Shown here: piece after piece, positions 48,301-60,830 of the stretch
Numbering within the stretch: the stretch's first letter is position 1
Layout of the letters: every line of letters begins with the position of its first letter
Assembly (NCBI GenBank): GCA_036172245.1
Contig: JAYWIR010000010.1
Span: forward strand, 3,410,001 to 3,474,000
Direction of reading: 5' to 3'
From: Raillietiella orientalis
Taxonomy: Eukaryota
DNA: 64,000 bases
The notes under the pieces: generated by a model
Seen by the model: the letters and a program-made list of their open reading frames with translations, nothing else
The model's database searches: none
Told to the model about the DNA's origin: nothing
Position numbers and translations under genes: made by a program

Positions 48301-49669
48301 CTCATGGCGCCAATATCTCCGACAACTCAGTCTATGGAAGACTAGAAAAAGAGAATCTCGTGCGACAGCGAGCATCGTGGCATTGCAAGGACTGTTAGTG
48401 TCCGAGAAGACAAATGCTGGACTCTTTTTGGGATCTCGGGACTCGGATGGATGCACAGGAGCTGCTTTCAGCCAAGATGCAACATCACCAAAGATGGAGT
48501 AACCAAGCTGAAGTGTCTGAGTTACGGGTTTGCGACGTCTAGAGAGTAACAGAGACGGAGTCGGGACTCCTGGGTTTGTGAATAGGCGGATCGGATGGAA
48601 GAGGCCCATTTTCGTTTACATGTAGATGAAATCGAGAGTGATGAAGATTTCGGTCCGCCAACGGAGGTGTTCTCTTCCTGCTTCTCACCATTGTTCTCCC
48701 AAGAGAAGCAGAAGAATTTCATGGATGCTTCTCCATTCACGAGTCTACATTTACTCACTTGAAGAACCTCTCTTAGTGTGAAAAATCTTTTCCCTCTGGC
48801 TTCTAAAAACAGCTCAGTACTCTCCACTTCTCGGGGGGCTCTCCATTTCGTAGTGACGCAAAACACTAGCCAAAAAATTGATGAAATGACCCGCACTGAA
48901 GGATCCAGATTTCCCCAATCCGAGCAGCAATGGCTTAAGGCATATGAATCCAAATAACAAAAGAAGCAAGCAGAAACTTCTTCCAACTTCTTCCCTTTCG
49001 TTGTTGTTGTTGTTTTCCCCGGATGGTTCTCTTCTACTTCCTCACTCTCTCTCTCAGCTCGACTGTTTGTCGCCACCACCCCCGTCAGGTTCCTCTTGCT
49101 TCTTTCTTGGCTTCATACAGAACGTTCTTGATCGCCGCATTCCGTAGTCACTCCCGGTCCTTCCTTGCATAACTATTCAGATTTGGGTTGGGCGCACTTC
49201 GTGCCCCCAGTTCCTCCTTCAGGTCTCTTTCAACATGAATTTGAAAATTTCTTCGTAGGTGATATAAAATTGGTTCTCTTCTTCCTTTGCGATTTTGTCC
49301 ACTGTTGCTCCTTATTTCCTGCCTTTATTCATATCTAATTCTGACTCAGGCTGACTTTTCTAACTCTTGAGGCATACTGCTTCTGCGTCCTGCAGCAGCG
49401 TCAATAGGTTCTTCGTCTCTTGTTCGTCCATTTGCTTATCTTCCTGTTCTTCGGCGTTTCCGACCTTTCTCATTTGATTTTTGTCGTAGAGTAAATCTTT
49501 TTTCCCACGCTGCTCTTTTGGTCTTCTTGGGTTACCTCTCATCCTCTTGCCAGCCAAAGGCTTCTGTCTGCAGTTGTAGTCAGGTTTTATGCTCTGGAAC
49601 CCTCTCTTTGAGTGCCCTACCGCCATCTGGAAATAGATTTTCGAGACCGAGAGTATCTCCTGGGCTTGG

Positions 49670-49770
49670 AACATCCAAATGCCAGATGTCCTTGCGTCTG
49701 CACATGTTACACGTGCCCTTTCGGGCGCAAGACTGCTTACGGTCAAACCCTCTGCAGAATGCTTTGGTTG
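49670..49770 (-). mobile_element. Possible Ty3/gypsy Gag zinc-knuckle remnant
   Basis: CRGFDRKQSCARKGTCNMCRRKDIW resembles C..CG..H...CPA.G..C..C..KGH. Confidence 0.3.
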
Positions 49771-49871
49771 GTTCCGGCAAGAGACTCTTGCACGCCGGCT
49801 ACCATTTGTTCAGGACGACAAAGGTTACATAAAGATTTGCGTAGTTTCTTGGAATTTCATCCCTCTTTTCA

Positions 49872-51390
49872 GCCCGCGTTGGCGGCCTTGTGGCTGCGAT
49901 CATCGCGTGTGGTACCAAGAGTCGCGAGTTCGAATACCCAAGTGGAAGATCGACGCCAGAGAAATGGGTGCGTCCTGGAATTCGAGTCCCCACCGCTGGA
50001 TGACGATGGTTGGCCTATTAGAGTGCGGCACTGGTTGATATCTGGTCACGTCGGGGCGTTTGCTTATAAAAAATAAACATACATGTTTGTGGCAGGACGT
50101 TTGATCCTGCCACGCTACTCATAACTACGAGAAGGAACCTGCCGGGAACTGGAACGCAGGTAGTGGGGCTCCCCTTGGCAGCACAGGAGAAGAAGTGATA
50201 AAGAAAAAGAAAAAAACATAAAACAACAAAATATACAGTCCAAAAATGGGGGGGAGGGTTCGGGAAGGGATCACTTTGTGCTGGAGGGTGTCCTCTGCAT
50301 CCTTCTAAGGATACCGGCAAGTTCCTGTTTCAAGACTCCCAGATGGGTCATCTTGACGTTGTCCTCATGAAGAGGACAGCAGAATAGATGGCCTCCCTGT
50401 CATTCTGGCCTACTCTGGCGTTGCTGCTCTGTGTAGCCACGGTTCCGCCGCGTGGGCAACAAAATGCTGCTGGGGATGCGGCCGGCGTGAGGACGTCGCG
50501 CAGGAAGAGACGCTTCAGAACGTCTCTGGCGTTGCCACCGGGGGTTCCAAGGGTCACGACAGAGAGTCACCAAAGGGGTCAGAGGACAACACAATTTACT
50601 AGGAGGTGCGAGAGGGATTCCCTCTTCCCGCACCTTGCACAGTTTGGGTTCACACACACTCCGTGTCCGCTGATGCCGGCGGGAGTTGCATGGGAGGCCC
50701 CATTGCAGCAGCATCGACGCCGATTCCTGTCACTTTAAGGAGAAGGTGCGGCATTTGGTGGGAGCCGGAAACCAGACACCTCCTGCTAATTGCCCAAGAC
50801 TGGAAGTTGACCCTCTGGGATCCCTCCTGGAATCAAAGATCCTTTCCCCTCCAGTTGTGAAAACTGAGCTGTCTTCCCCTTCAGGGAGAGATTTTCCATC
50901 TCCTATCATGGAGCTGGAGGACTGATACCTCTTCAGAGTATGAGAACTGCGTCGCTTCCTTCGGGGAGTGCAGAAAAGTTTAGAAGCGTCTTTTCAGGGT
51001 TCTCTTCGGAGGGGTAAAACGGGGGAAGGATTTTTTCCGGGGTGTCCTTCCGGAGAAGAAATAATGAAGCGGCTCCCTCCGGAGGAAGGTCCCTCCGGAG
51101 AGAACAAGGAGGGAGGAAGTTCTTTTCGGGATTCCTTCCCAAGCGTGAGAGAGAAACGACTCCTTACTCGGAGTCCTTTCTAGATTCATAGGGTCTCTCC
51201 GAGGTTACCTCCTAACTTGAAGAGTTACACGCACCCTCGGGTGGCGTGGACAGTCTTTAAATTGCTTTGTGAACCCCCTTTCCCTCTCTAAAGAGAAGAG
51301 TTCTTCAGCACTTAGAGAACCAAAAAAAAAAGAGATGGAAGGAAAGCGGAGAAAGCAGAAGAACCAAAAAGGATGTCCACCATCACTCCA
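49872..51390 (+). mobile_element. SINE-like element (copy 4), interrupted by LINE copy E
   Basis: Head 49872-50035 (TGGCGGCCTTGTGG, GAGTTCGAATACC). The body resumes at about 50746, with the tandem array at about 50950-51150 and a 3' part (CGGGTGGCGTGGA...GAACCAAAAAAA...AAAAGGAT) matching copy 2. Confidence 0.75.
50036..50745 (-). mobile_element. Tx1/L1-like LINE 3' fragment (copy E) inserted in a SINE
   Basis: ARDVLKRLFLRDVLTPAASPAAFCC...GQNDREAI and RRMQRTPSS are homologous to copies B and D; diverged TSD GTGCGGCACTGGT (50023-50035) / GTGCGGCATTTGGT (50746-50759). Confidence 0.8.
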
Positions 51391-51769
51391 GAGAACAGAC
51401 TGGTAATGCAGTAGTCACCGTCGTGTAGGGGACCGCGGTCGCCTCGCAGGTCACTGCCTGGAAACGGACTACAGGCATACCTCTGTCGCAGCTCCGGGAG
51501 ACCCTACAGGTTTCTTCGCAATGTTGCTGTTCTTCAGACTAGATGGCGTTGCACATTAACTTCAAACGCAGCAGTTTGGACCAAAGAGTGTTCCACTGCG
51601 TGATTTGCCGTTCTACCACACTCCGCCAGCGTGAGAGCTAAGTGGTGAGGCTCGATGATGGGACTACAATTCTGGAGGTATTTTCGGCATGAGAGGTGAC
51701 CTCTTGTTCGATGCCTCCCACATACTGTGTCCCTGGAATATTGGACGTTTGAGCACATCTCTTTTTGCG

Positions 51770-52425
51770 ATGTACCCTGCCTGCTCTTCGGTTCCCTCGT
51801 CAGCCCGTCGTTCGCCTGTACCCAAGATTCCAGAGTTCCCACGATCGACGCCCCATGCTGAACGCGGGCGATGATTGGAGGCGAAGCGGATGGCAGTTCC
51901 TTCGTGCTTGCTCTCTTCCCTCCGTCGAGCCTCTCCCAGACTCGACGGCGTTCTCCCAGAGTCGTTGCTGAAGGACGAGCGGCGTCCAGCGCCTTGCCCC
52001 CGATCACTCGATTCTGCATTGCATCAGAGGACGGTGGATTCTACCTACAAGCTGAGAGTGTGCTGGGGAAGATGAGAGGTTGCACGCCTCGCCCCCTGAA
52101 GAGAGTAGCTGAATGGCTTCATCTGCGAGGTGAAGGGCTAACGCCTGCAAGCTGCTGAAGAACAGGCGATGCAATCAACCGCTTTTCTTTATCCCCTCCT
52201 TTCCTCATCTATTTATGTATTTATTTTTTTATTTACTGTCCTTTCGCTCTCCTTTTCTCTTTCGATCTTCTTCCCAGTCAGTCTGCGAGTCGGTGGTCAA
52301 ACCCATCTTCTTGAACTCTGGAGTGTAGAACATGGAACCAGCTTTCTGCCCTCCCTCTAAAAGTGGGACTCCCCGGAGGGGAGTACCTGGTTTTCCCATT
52401 TGGTACCTGGTGCAAACCAGGACAC
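51770..52425 (+). mobile_element. Diverged Tx1/L1-like LINE 3' fragment (copy G)
   Basis: KRVAEWLHLRGE (cf. AARWPHLPEE), pyrimidine-rich UTR, CAGTCTGCG box, hairpin at 52406-52421. Confidence 0.45.
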
Positions 52426-54503
52426 CCATTTGGTAGTCTCGAGCTCAGAGGAGGAACCCCGCTCGAGCAGCCGCCCAGGGGAAACTGAATTTGAGGAATT
52501 TCACTGGCTCACAAAAGATTTGCACTACGAAGGTCTTGGAAAAGATTCCTTCCAAGTACACCCTCATGGTGTTCCCAGAGGGTTGCTGACGAACAGATTA
52601 CTCAAGCATCCAGGAAGGCACGCTGGACGTTGGATGACATGGTGCACTTTTTGTTTGTTCTTAAGGACGCTGTCAGAACGAATTAAAGCTTCTCAAGATG
52701 CGAACACAGCTTCCGAAGATTATCAAAAATTAAAGGCAGAAGACACGTAAATAAAATGGTGGTTACTGGTCGGAAGAGGGAAAGAGTGGACGCGGACCAA
52801 TGAAGATTACATTCTGTTTCTTTGGTCGTTTTGTGTGCTTCCAAGTAAGTGCCAAGAGGAAAGGACGTGGAAGAGGAAGGCTTGCAAATTTAGTGGCACC
52901 TTCCATCCGATACTGATGAGGCTGGGATTCCTTCCCATCTAATTAAACCTTGTGAAATTCCCTGGAACGAACCCAATGAAAATCTAATTCCGCTCTGGGA
53001 ATTTCAGAAAGAAAGAATTTCCTTAATGAAAGTGAAATGGATCAAGTAGCGACCTAGCCCTAAATGGTCGCAGCTGTCGAGAGACTCAAATGAAGGGCCC
53101 AATTTTTATCGATCTAAATCGATGAAACGGATGCAAAGAGTAACTTGCTTCGCATCCGAATGCAAGAAGGGGGATGCAGTTGTGGGATCGCAACAGTTCC
53201 TACAGGGAGTTTCTATTCCGCAAAAGTGAGCATCCTAAATGCATATCCTCAACCAAATTTTCAAGTTTTGAAAGGAAAATGCTAGCTTGAATTCCTGAAG
53301 ATCACTTGTAGAAGAACATTGGTGCTTTCTTTGCGTTTCTCTAGTAGAAACAGCATGATCAAAACACGCAACTTCTGGAATTTTCCCTTTAGATTTGCTT
53401 GGTTTCCTAATAGCTGTTATCGATTTACTTAATCCCTGAAACTGAATCAAGTAGTTATCGAAGTCTCCCAACATCAAAGTGCACGTGGATCCTCGAAGGA
53501 AGAAGCTATTACTTATCATTTACGAGAACAAAAGTGGACTCACATCTCATCATCGATCAAAGAACAGAGACCTTTTTCAAACTTAGTATCAGACATTCCT
53601 GATGCATTTGCAAATGACAAATCGATTTTTAGATGTATTCATTTGATGCCTTGACGCTCGCTCGGAAAACTTAGTTATGGAAAAGTTATGTAAACTTTTG
53701 TAAAAGTGGACAGACCTACAATTGCAGTGGTTTATGAGTTTTTTTTAAAAAAAAAAAAAATCGATAGTTTCAAATTAAAAGAAAATCTGCTCACGAAAGC
53801 TGCATTTTTGAATACCTGAGAATGCCGTTGACTTTTTCCGGATTTTCTCGAAATCAAACTCAGAAGAGCGGAAAGGAAAGAAAGTTTCTCTTCTAAAGAG
53901 TACTGTATCATCTTGAAGTTTTGCTTTCATGTGATCTGTTGGCTGACTTCGCCGTAATTGACTTTTCGTGCCCGTGGCACAGCCCTGACATTACTTATTT
54001 ATTACGAACTTTAAATTTCCATCTTTCACAGAAAATATTCAAAAAATGGTTGATGCTTTACGCGCAAAGTTGGAAAATGCGGAAAAAGGCAATACGGAAG
54101 AATCACCTGAAACCAACAGCGAACTGTGGAAGTTCTCATTGAAAAGTTCGAAGTTGAAACTTTGAAAAACGAATTTCTCTTGTGAAACAGGATAGCACCT
54201 ACTGTGGGACATGACCCAGCCAACGAAACAGTACGATAGAGTGCATGGGCTAGGAACAACAAGGATGGATAATCCTATGATACAGTTTCCGCAAAACTTC
54301 TTGAACTGCAATAAAGGAAGAGCTGGATATGCATGTCCACCGCGGAGGACGTGGTCATAAAGAGGATCCATGGACGAACAAACAGTAATTAAGGAAGTTT
54401 TAATTTTTGTAAAGGCAGTCATATGAACATTACACAGAAATCCAATGTAACCATGAAGGGGAGAGCGAACGTTAAGATCCTCCGGATACAGATGAAAATC
54501 ATA

Positions 54504-54850
54504 TACGAAACACATTTCAAAAGTAAGCGCCCATCGGATAGAAAGAAAGAACAAATGAGGGAAACGAAGACGTATTGATGGTTCGACACGCATGCATCCC
54601 CTTGTGATTTTTCTACGCAGCCACCATTTCTTTTCCAAGCACTTTTGATACCGTGGAAGAAGATCTTTCGAACCTTCTGCATGAAATTCCGCCTCCTGGG
54701 AGTTCATCCGGTTCAGCAGAACTGCAGTTTTCCACTCCTCACTTTCCCCCTCGGAATCGTTGAGCCACTTCTGGAGGTGCGGGAAGACGTGGTAGTCACT
54801 GTAAGGTGGTCGACCAAAAAGCTCCCTATTGAATTCTCCGGAATGCAATG
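54504..54850 (-). mobile_element. Mariner (Tc1/mariner) transposase 3' remnant with right terminal inverted repeat (TIR)
   Basis: RPPYSDYHVFPHLQKWL...KTAVL...NSQEAEFHAEGSKDLLPRYQKCLEK plus frameshifted NGGCVEK (cf. PPYSPDLAPSDYHLF...FY..GI..L..R..KC....G.YVEK; internal deletion of PDLAPS). TIR-like TACGAAACACATTTCAAAAGTAAG starts at 54504. Confidence 0.85.
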
Positions 54851-57229
54851 GATTTTGGAATGAATTTTTGGAATCCAAAAAGCTCTTTTTCGTGGTCATC
54901 TGGAAGACTCTGTGCGATGTATTGTTTCTTCTTCGAACTGGAAGGTCGTGTCGCTCCATAAAGCGAACTGCCACACGAGGCTTTGAATTCCTCTTCGACG
55001 TCAAGAGACTTTTTTAATTCCGGAGCTTTAAGTCTGATTTCAGTGCAAGAAACCCCAAAGCCCTTTTGCCTTTTACCTACCACCCCACCCATTCCAATAA
55101 AGGTTCTCTAACTCTTGGTTGTGGTCCGCGGTCTGCTTTCTTTTCACTATGCAGCATTTGCGGTGCCTCCTTGATGTTTCTCCGTTAACGGATGTTTGCT
55201 TCTTTGATGGAAAAGAGGACGGTTTGCTGTCCGATTGCCATGAGATTCTGCATATTTTACTGCCATTAACTTTTCTGCTGCACTATAGGCCTTTCTCGAA
55301 TTCATTTTCATACTGGGCTTTAAATTCGTCTAGGACTAGCGTTCGCTCGTTCAGGAAAAGAGTAGGTACTGTATCCAAAAATCATACTGTATACAAAAAA
55401 TCCGAATCGGTCGCGAGTGACGCTCTGGCGTGCAAAACAGATGGTTTACAAGGATGTGCACAGCTTCTCGTGCACATTGAAAATGAGCGAAATTTGTGTA
55501 CCCGTGTACAATACACACCCAGATTTTAGCGAGCTGAATTGAGGAAAAGTTGTACGTCTTGTAGGTATGCATCGTAGTAGTAGCGGGAAGTTTTCAGGAT
55601 CCGAATGCACATTTCGTAGCAAAATGGGAATTCTACGCCTCGTGGCATGGAATGGAAAAAAATTGAGCAGGAAGGAATCTCAGACTGCATGTTCGGCGTG
55701 TCACATTTCGTATTTAAGTACGTATAGCTATCCTAACGGTATATGTCCACTGATTGGGTGGAAATTGAAAGAAAGTATTCCATCCCCAAAACCTGCAAAT
55801 TAGATCAGTGTGTTCTTTTGATTTATGGTTCCTAAACATGGAACGTAAGATCCCGGGATGGATGGAAGACAGCTGGAATTTTCAGAAGGATGAATTGACT
55901 TATACCTCATCCAATGTGTATCCGAGTTTTTTCATCATCCTCGACTTAGGTTCACCTCTGCCGTCCCAGAGAGTTGAAACTGCGTTTCGTATGTCTCCCA
56001 CCAGGCTTTCTATTACCATGCAAAAGTTGCATACATTGAATGGAAGCACGAAGAAAGGAACACGGGCTACGTAAAGCTGGAAAGAGAATGAGCATGGAGA
56101 GTTCGAGGCTACGAGCTACATGGATGCGCTCAGTGCCATGAGAAACTGACTATCTGGAGTTTGAAGATAAGTTTTCAACTTAAAGTGGCATGAGTGGATC
56201 CTGCTTCTTCAGTCACTCATAGGGAAGTGAAAACAAGCTTCAGCGATCTCATTTCGTCACCAAACAGACAAAACGAAAAATACGAGGAAGTCAGTTTCGA
56301 GTGTCCGCCTTCGAAAATCTCGGAGGTCACGAAATTCCTTCGAAGAATCTCAGAATGAACCCAATGAAGCCTTTGCATATGCATTCGTTTGCACTCACAA
56401 ATGGCTAATCGTGATTGCAAATTATCCCCCTGTTGGTTTGGTTTGTTCAGCAATGCTTCTTTCGTTCTTGAGAATGAGGTACAGAGCAAAGATCTCTAAA
56501 TGTTCAAGTGAGCTTTCGAGATGAAATTCTCCATCGGGACCTGGAGTAGAACCTCCCTCGTTCCTTGAAGTATCGTTCCTGCAAATGCAATGGGTAAGAT
56601 TCCGCTTTCTGTCTAACCGAAAAGATCGGCCACTTTCCCATTCGACAGCTCTCTGCAACCGGAATGTTCCCAGTCATGTTGTAGTGATGCTGCAGATAAC
56701 CTCAACTGTTGCTCTAGGAGCAATGCTAGGGATGCTAACCATTTAGATGTTAGAGTCTTCGTTTGTCAGCACCTCTCCACGTAGTTGCATCCACGAAGCT
56801 GGAGAAACCGCTGCTTGATATTGCATTTACTGATCCCTCGCTCACAACACTTCCGAGCTTAGAGCTAGTGTGCCTCAAAAATGATGATTCATATTTATTT
56901 CATGATGAATAGTACATGACACAAGGTACTATAACAGATATTCTGTCTTTTTCACTCATTACATGGATCTTTTTGCTGTTGCTGTTGTTGCTGCCGTTGT
57001 TCGCATTTGTAATGTAGATGAAATAATTCGCAGATCCATGTAGGAACGAAGAGATTTTTCCCGACCCCATCGATGAGGCAGTATCCAGAAACGAGGGAGG
57101 TGGAATTCTCAAGCTCTGAACATTACATGAATTCAACCTGCGGAGCTCAAGTTTGGAAGCAGCGACCCGGACCTACGCTGCAAAGATCATAAGACCGGCC
57201 TCCTCGAGAACCAGTTGTTTGGAAACGGT

Positions 57230-57400
57230 GCAGCACATGAGAATCCGTATCTTTCAGGGAGTTCACTGGGAGCAAATTCGAAACGAGGAAAAAACTTACA
57301 AAGAGTTGTACTGTCGCTCATTCTCTTTTCTAGCCCCACGACCAGGTCCTTGAAGATTTTCGTATTTTCGGCCAAGGATTTCGGCTCTTCAGAGACAGCA
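57230..57400 (+). mobile_element. Degenerate LINE RT fragment
   Basis: Frameshifted QG/SSLGA and KIFVFSAKD resemble QGS.LGP and I..FADD. Confidence 0.3.
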
Positions 57401-58049
57401 GTTGAAAACGAGGAAACCACACTTACTCAGTTGGTCGGTTATTGGAACCATTCGTCCTGTGTTGATGGCTTGATCAAAGATGGCTTAAAGATGATGACCT
57501 GAATGGTGGTTTCTAAATGGAAAAGTGATTGAGATCTCACTTATCGCAAGAACAGAACGGTCGAAGAGAAATTTCATCGTATCGGAAAAAATTATACGTC
57601 TGATACATTAATCACTGTTTCAATAAATAAGACTATTTGAGCGTCATTTGATTTAGAATCCATTAAGAGAGATCTAAAGGCATTCTCATGGTGCATGTTT
57701 TTTCCTTTTTTCTTTTTGGTTCTTCGGTGTCATGAGGAAGTCAAAACACTCTTGTTCCAATCACTAGAAACAGGATTTCTCTCTCATTGCTTATCATTAT
57801 AATGGCAATTCTCCATACAGTAAATTACTTTGTAAATGGAGCCAGGCACTGATGAGAATCGGAAGGGAAACCCTTCTTTAGTTCCTGCTTCCATGCACCT
57901 GAAATATATAGGTGTTTCCTCAACTTCCGTCAGTCTTCTGTGTTCTGCATTTTACGTGCATGGCATCGTGTCTACCTGGTAGCTTCCAAGGCCGCATTAT
58001 TCCTGTGTCCTGTTAGAGGTTCACACCAGTTAAGAAACGGATATTGACG

Positions 58050-58200
58050 ACCAAAAGGATGTTCCTTTGGGAGGTTTCCTTTCATGGTGTTTCTGGATTG
58101 TCATTTTATTGGATTTTTCTTGAGGAGACTTGGCGCATTCTCCGACACAGTCGTCTCCTGCAAACTGCTGCGGATGACCTCACGTTTCCTTTCATGCGTT
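58050..58200 (+). mobile_element. Degenerate LINE (CR1/Jockey-like) RT fragment
   Basis: LWEVSFHGVSGLSFYWI (cf. L..L..YGI.G....WI) and RHSRLLQTAADDLT (cf. YADD). Confidence 0.45.
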
Positions 58201-60379
58201 TCATCCACGATTTGTGGTTTTCTGAAACTAGAATGTACAATACCAAAGCAGCAAGCCATATGCAGCTTGAAATGGAAACTGCCATATACCGAAATTAACC
58301 AATGGCGGAATAAACCACTCTATTCCATTAAGTTGTTTGTCTGAGTGAATTCATATTCGGAAGAAAATTTCCATCTCCTACGCTTCGCATGAGAAAGCAA
58401 AGGAAATTCAAGTATTTTGCAAAACCCTGTTCATTTCAAAAGCAGTGTTTAAAAAAACGCTTGAGAATTCCCATTTCTTTTTTTTTTTTTAGGATCATTA
58501 ACAAGTTTACGAAAACCTGTAGCTCATGTTCTGGATCGAGGAATCCTCACGTCTCCAAAACTATTTCCCGAAACTATGATCACAGCTGCTGATTCATCGC
58601 TTTAGCCCTCGGGGAGCAGGAATCAACTGACAGCAAAGAAATCTCTGACCACCCGTTGAAAGGAATTTCTCATGCAGCGGTCTGAACTTTTTCTCGGCGC
58701 AGTGCTGTGCTAATGTCCCCACTTTTGCCACTGCTTGACTATGTCCATCTCTCTACTTGAAATTGCATGTTTAATGATTTGCGTCGATGCACAAAGCTGT
58801 TCTTCACCCTTTGTGTCACGAAGCTCTCATTCACGCCCGTTCCTCTCCGTCTCCGTTCCTTCCACGGAGTTTTGAGACAGCCATGCAAGCAAAATTCAAT
58901 CAAGCATTCGTCTGCTCAGAAGAATTGGGTGGAATAATGCGTGATGAATTTAATTTCAAGCATTCTTGGAGCTTTTCTATTACATTGGATTGCTCGGCGA
59001 TCAAAAAGTACAGTACGGTGGGGATGCACGCAGTCAGTAAGGTGTTGGCTGGTGAGTAACTTCTGTTTCTCTTCACTTAGTAAGGAATTTTCTTTTCATA
59101 ACTTCATTTAGTAAGAAACTCAAAGAAAAGAAAGAGAAGTTAACTGAAATGCAAACCTGCCCACAACGTACGTACATCCTTTTCCGTTTGACGTTTTGCA
59201 GAAGTTTCCAGAAACTTCTACAGCTGCTGTTTCCAGTGGACCCTTATTAAAGTGGTTTTGTTCATTTTCCACGGAAATGATGGTTCCAGCATGGTCTTGG
59301 ATGGCAGCGTTTCCCGAACTATGTTCCTCGGAACACCGGTGTTCCGCGGGAAAAATCATGAGAATTTTTACGTAATTGAAATGTGAGAATAAATGGCTGT
59401 TCCGTTTTCTTTGCACTCAGATTTAATCGCTTCATTCGTTTATTGCGAATGTCTACCCACCCTATAAAACAACCAAGGCATTCCGTTAAGATTTCAAGAT
59501 CTGTGAGGTGTTCCGTCATAGGAAAAGGCAAACGCCGAATCTGGGGAGAGTATTTGAAAATCGGGTTTAACTCATTTGACAGATCTGTAACTTCAGTCTA
59601 ATAAGCCGGATGTAAACAGACTTCACGGCAAGGAGTTCTTTTCCATTTAGAAGATTTCGGTTTCCGGCAAGAGTTTGGACATCTTTGTATAAGTTATCCA
59701 TTACGCATAAGGAACTTTAGCAGATAACGGTAAATTAGCTGTATCCATTCTTCCAGAATAGATCACCTCTGAGACGTTTGACACAAGAGCTTCCTTTTAA
59801 TGGAGTTAATTTGGCGCCTGACTTCCATTTCAGTTTTCTTTCAATCCAATTATGGATGAACAGTTTGCAGTTTAGAATGCCTTGATGGAGTTGCTCTATG
59901 AAGTCAGTGCTTTCTTCTTTTTTTTTGCCTTCCAAGAAGAATTACGAACGACTGCTTCGAACTGCTATTGCTGAGGCTCAATTTGTTGTAACTGAAATGA
60001 GCTTTTGTAGCCACAGGATTTCCAAAACACTGTACGCCTCAACACAGAACTATGTATCCTTTTATTTATACCCTGAAATCGAATTGTGCTGAGAAGCTTT
60101 TGCATAATCATTCTAAAATGACAGTTATACAGGAACGCATTTCAAGCTGCCAGTAACATCTGATATGTATCCATTCATAAAGTTGATATTTTCAGTGAAC
60201 AAAAGATGAGGCCCTTTTTTTTTCCTGAAACTCTTTTTCTGTTTCCCCACTGTTTTTCAAAACTGTTTATCTAGTAATATTTATAATTCCATCTTTAGCT
60301 TTACAATTGTCAAACAAGGACTCATCTGCTTCAGATTACTTCTTCTGCGGCTTCCAGAATTTCATCATTTCATCGATTT

Positions 60380-60830
60380 CAAAATCTTGCTTTCCCTCAA
60401 AGTTTGCTTCTGGAGGCACGACCTCGGGCACGAGAAAATGAGCAACAGCATCGGCCATCAACGTGAGCAGAACACCTGAAAAACAGCACTTCGAAAACCG
60501 ACGAATTTGATCTTTGCTTTGTCAATACCTAATAAGTCCATGGACCGCATTCCTTCTGATTTAGGATCTGTGAGTGATGTTCGTGTTTGGAGGATTGGAA
60601 TATTAACATGATCGTCTCCCTAAAATGCAGTCGACTCCCATATAACCCCGTTTCGTATAAACCGACGAAAAAATAATTACAGCCTCGTATAACGCGTTCA
60701 GTCAGCTCTATACAACTCTTCTGAAAAATTTTAGTTTGTGGTACAGTGTCAGTTGAGCTGTTTTTAAAAAGATCACGTGATTTGAGCAGGCTGAATTCCA
60801 CTGTATTCAAATTTTCATGAATAAAATAGC
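60380..60830 (-). mobile_element. hAT (GTF2IRD2/SPIN-like) transposase remnant
   Basis: FSLL...SSTDT...VIRGCNYFF (cf. FSLALDESTD...FIRGV...F), then FRCSAH and FSRARG (cf. HC..H and FIRARGL) in the expected order. Confidence 0.5.

Noticed and set aside
54039..55004. Longest ORF (321 aa) as a real gene
   Set aside because: Only the central part is a deleted, frameshifted mariner transposase end; the remainder reads through the TIR into unrelated DNA
57845..57880. CTGATGA...GAAA hammerhead ribozyme core (also CCGATGAG in the SINE)
   Set aside because: Stem II and the flanking stems with an NUH cleavage triplet cannot be formed
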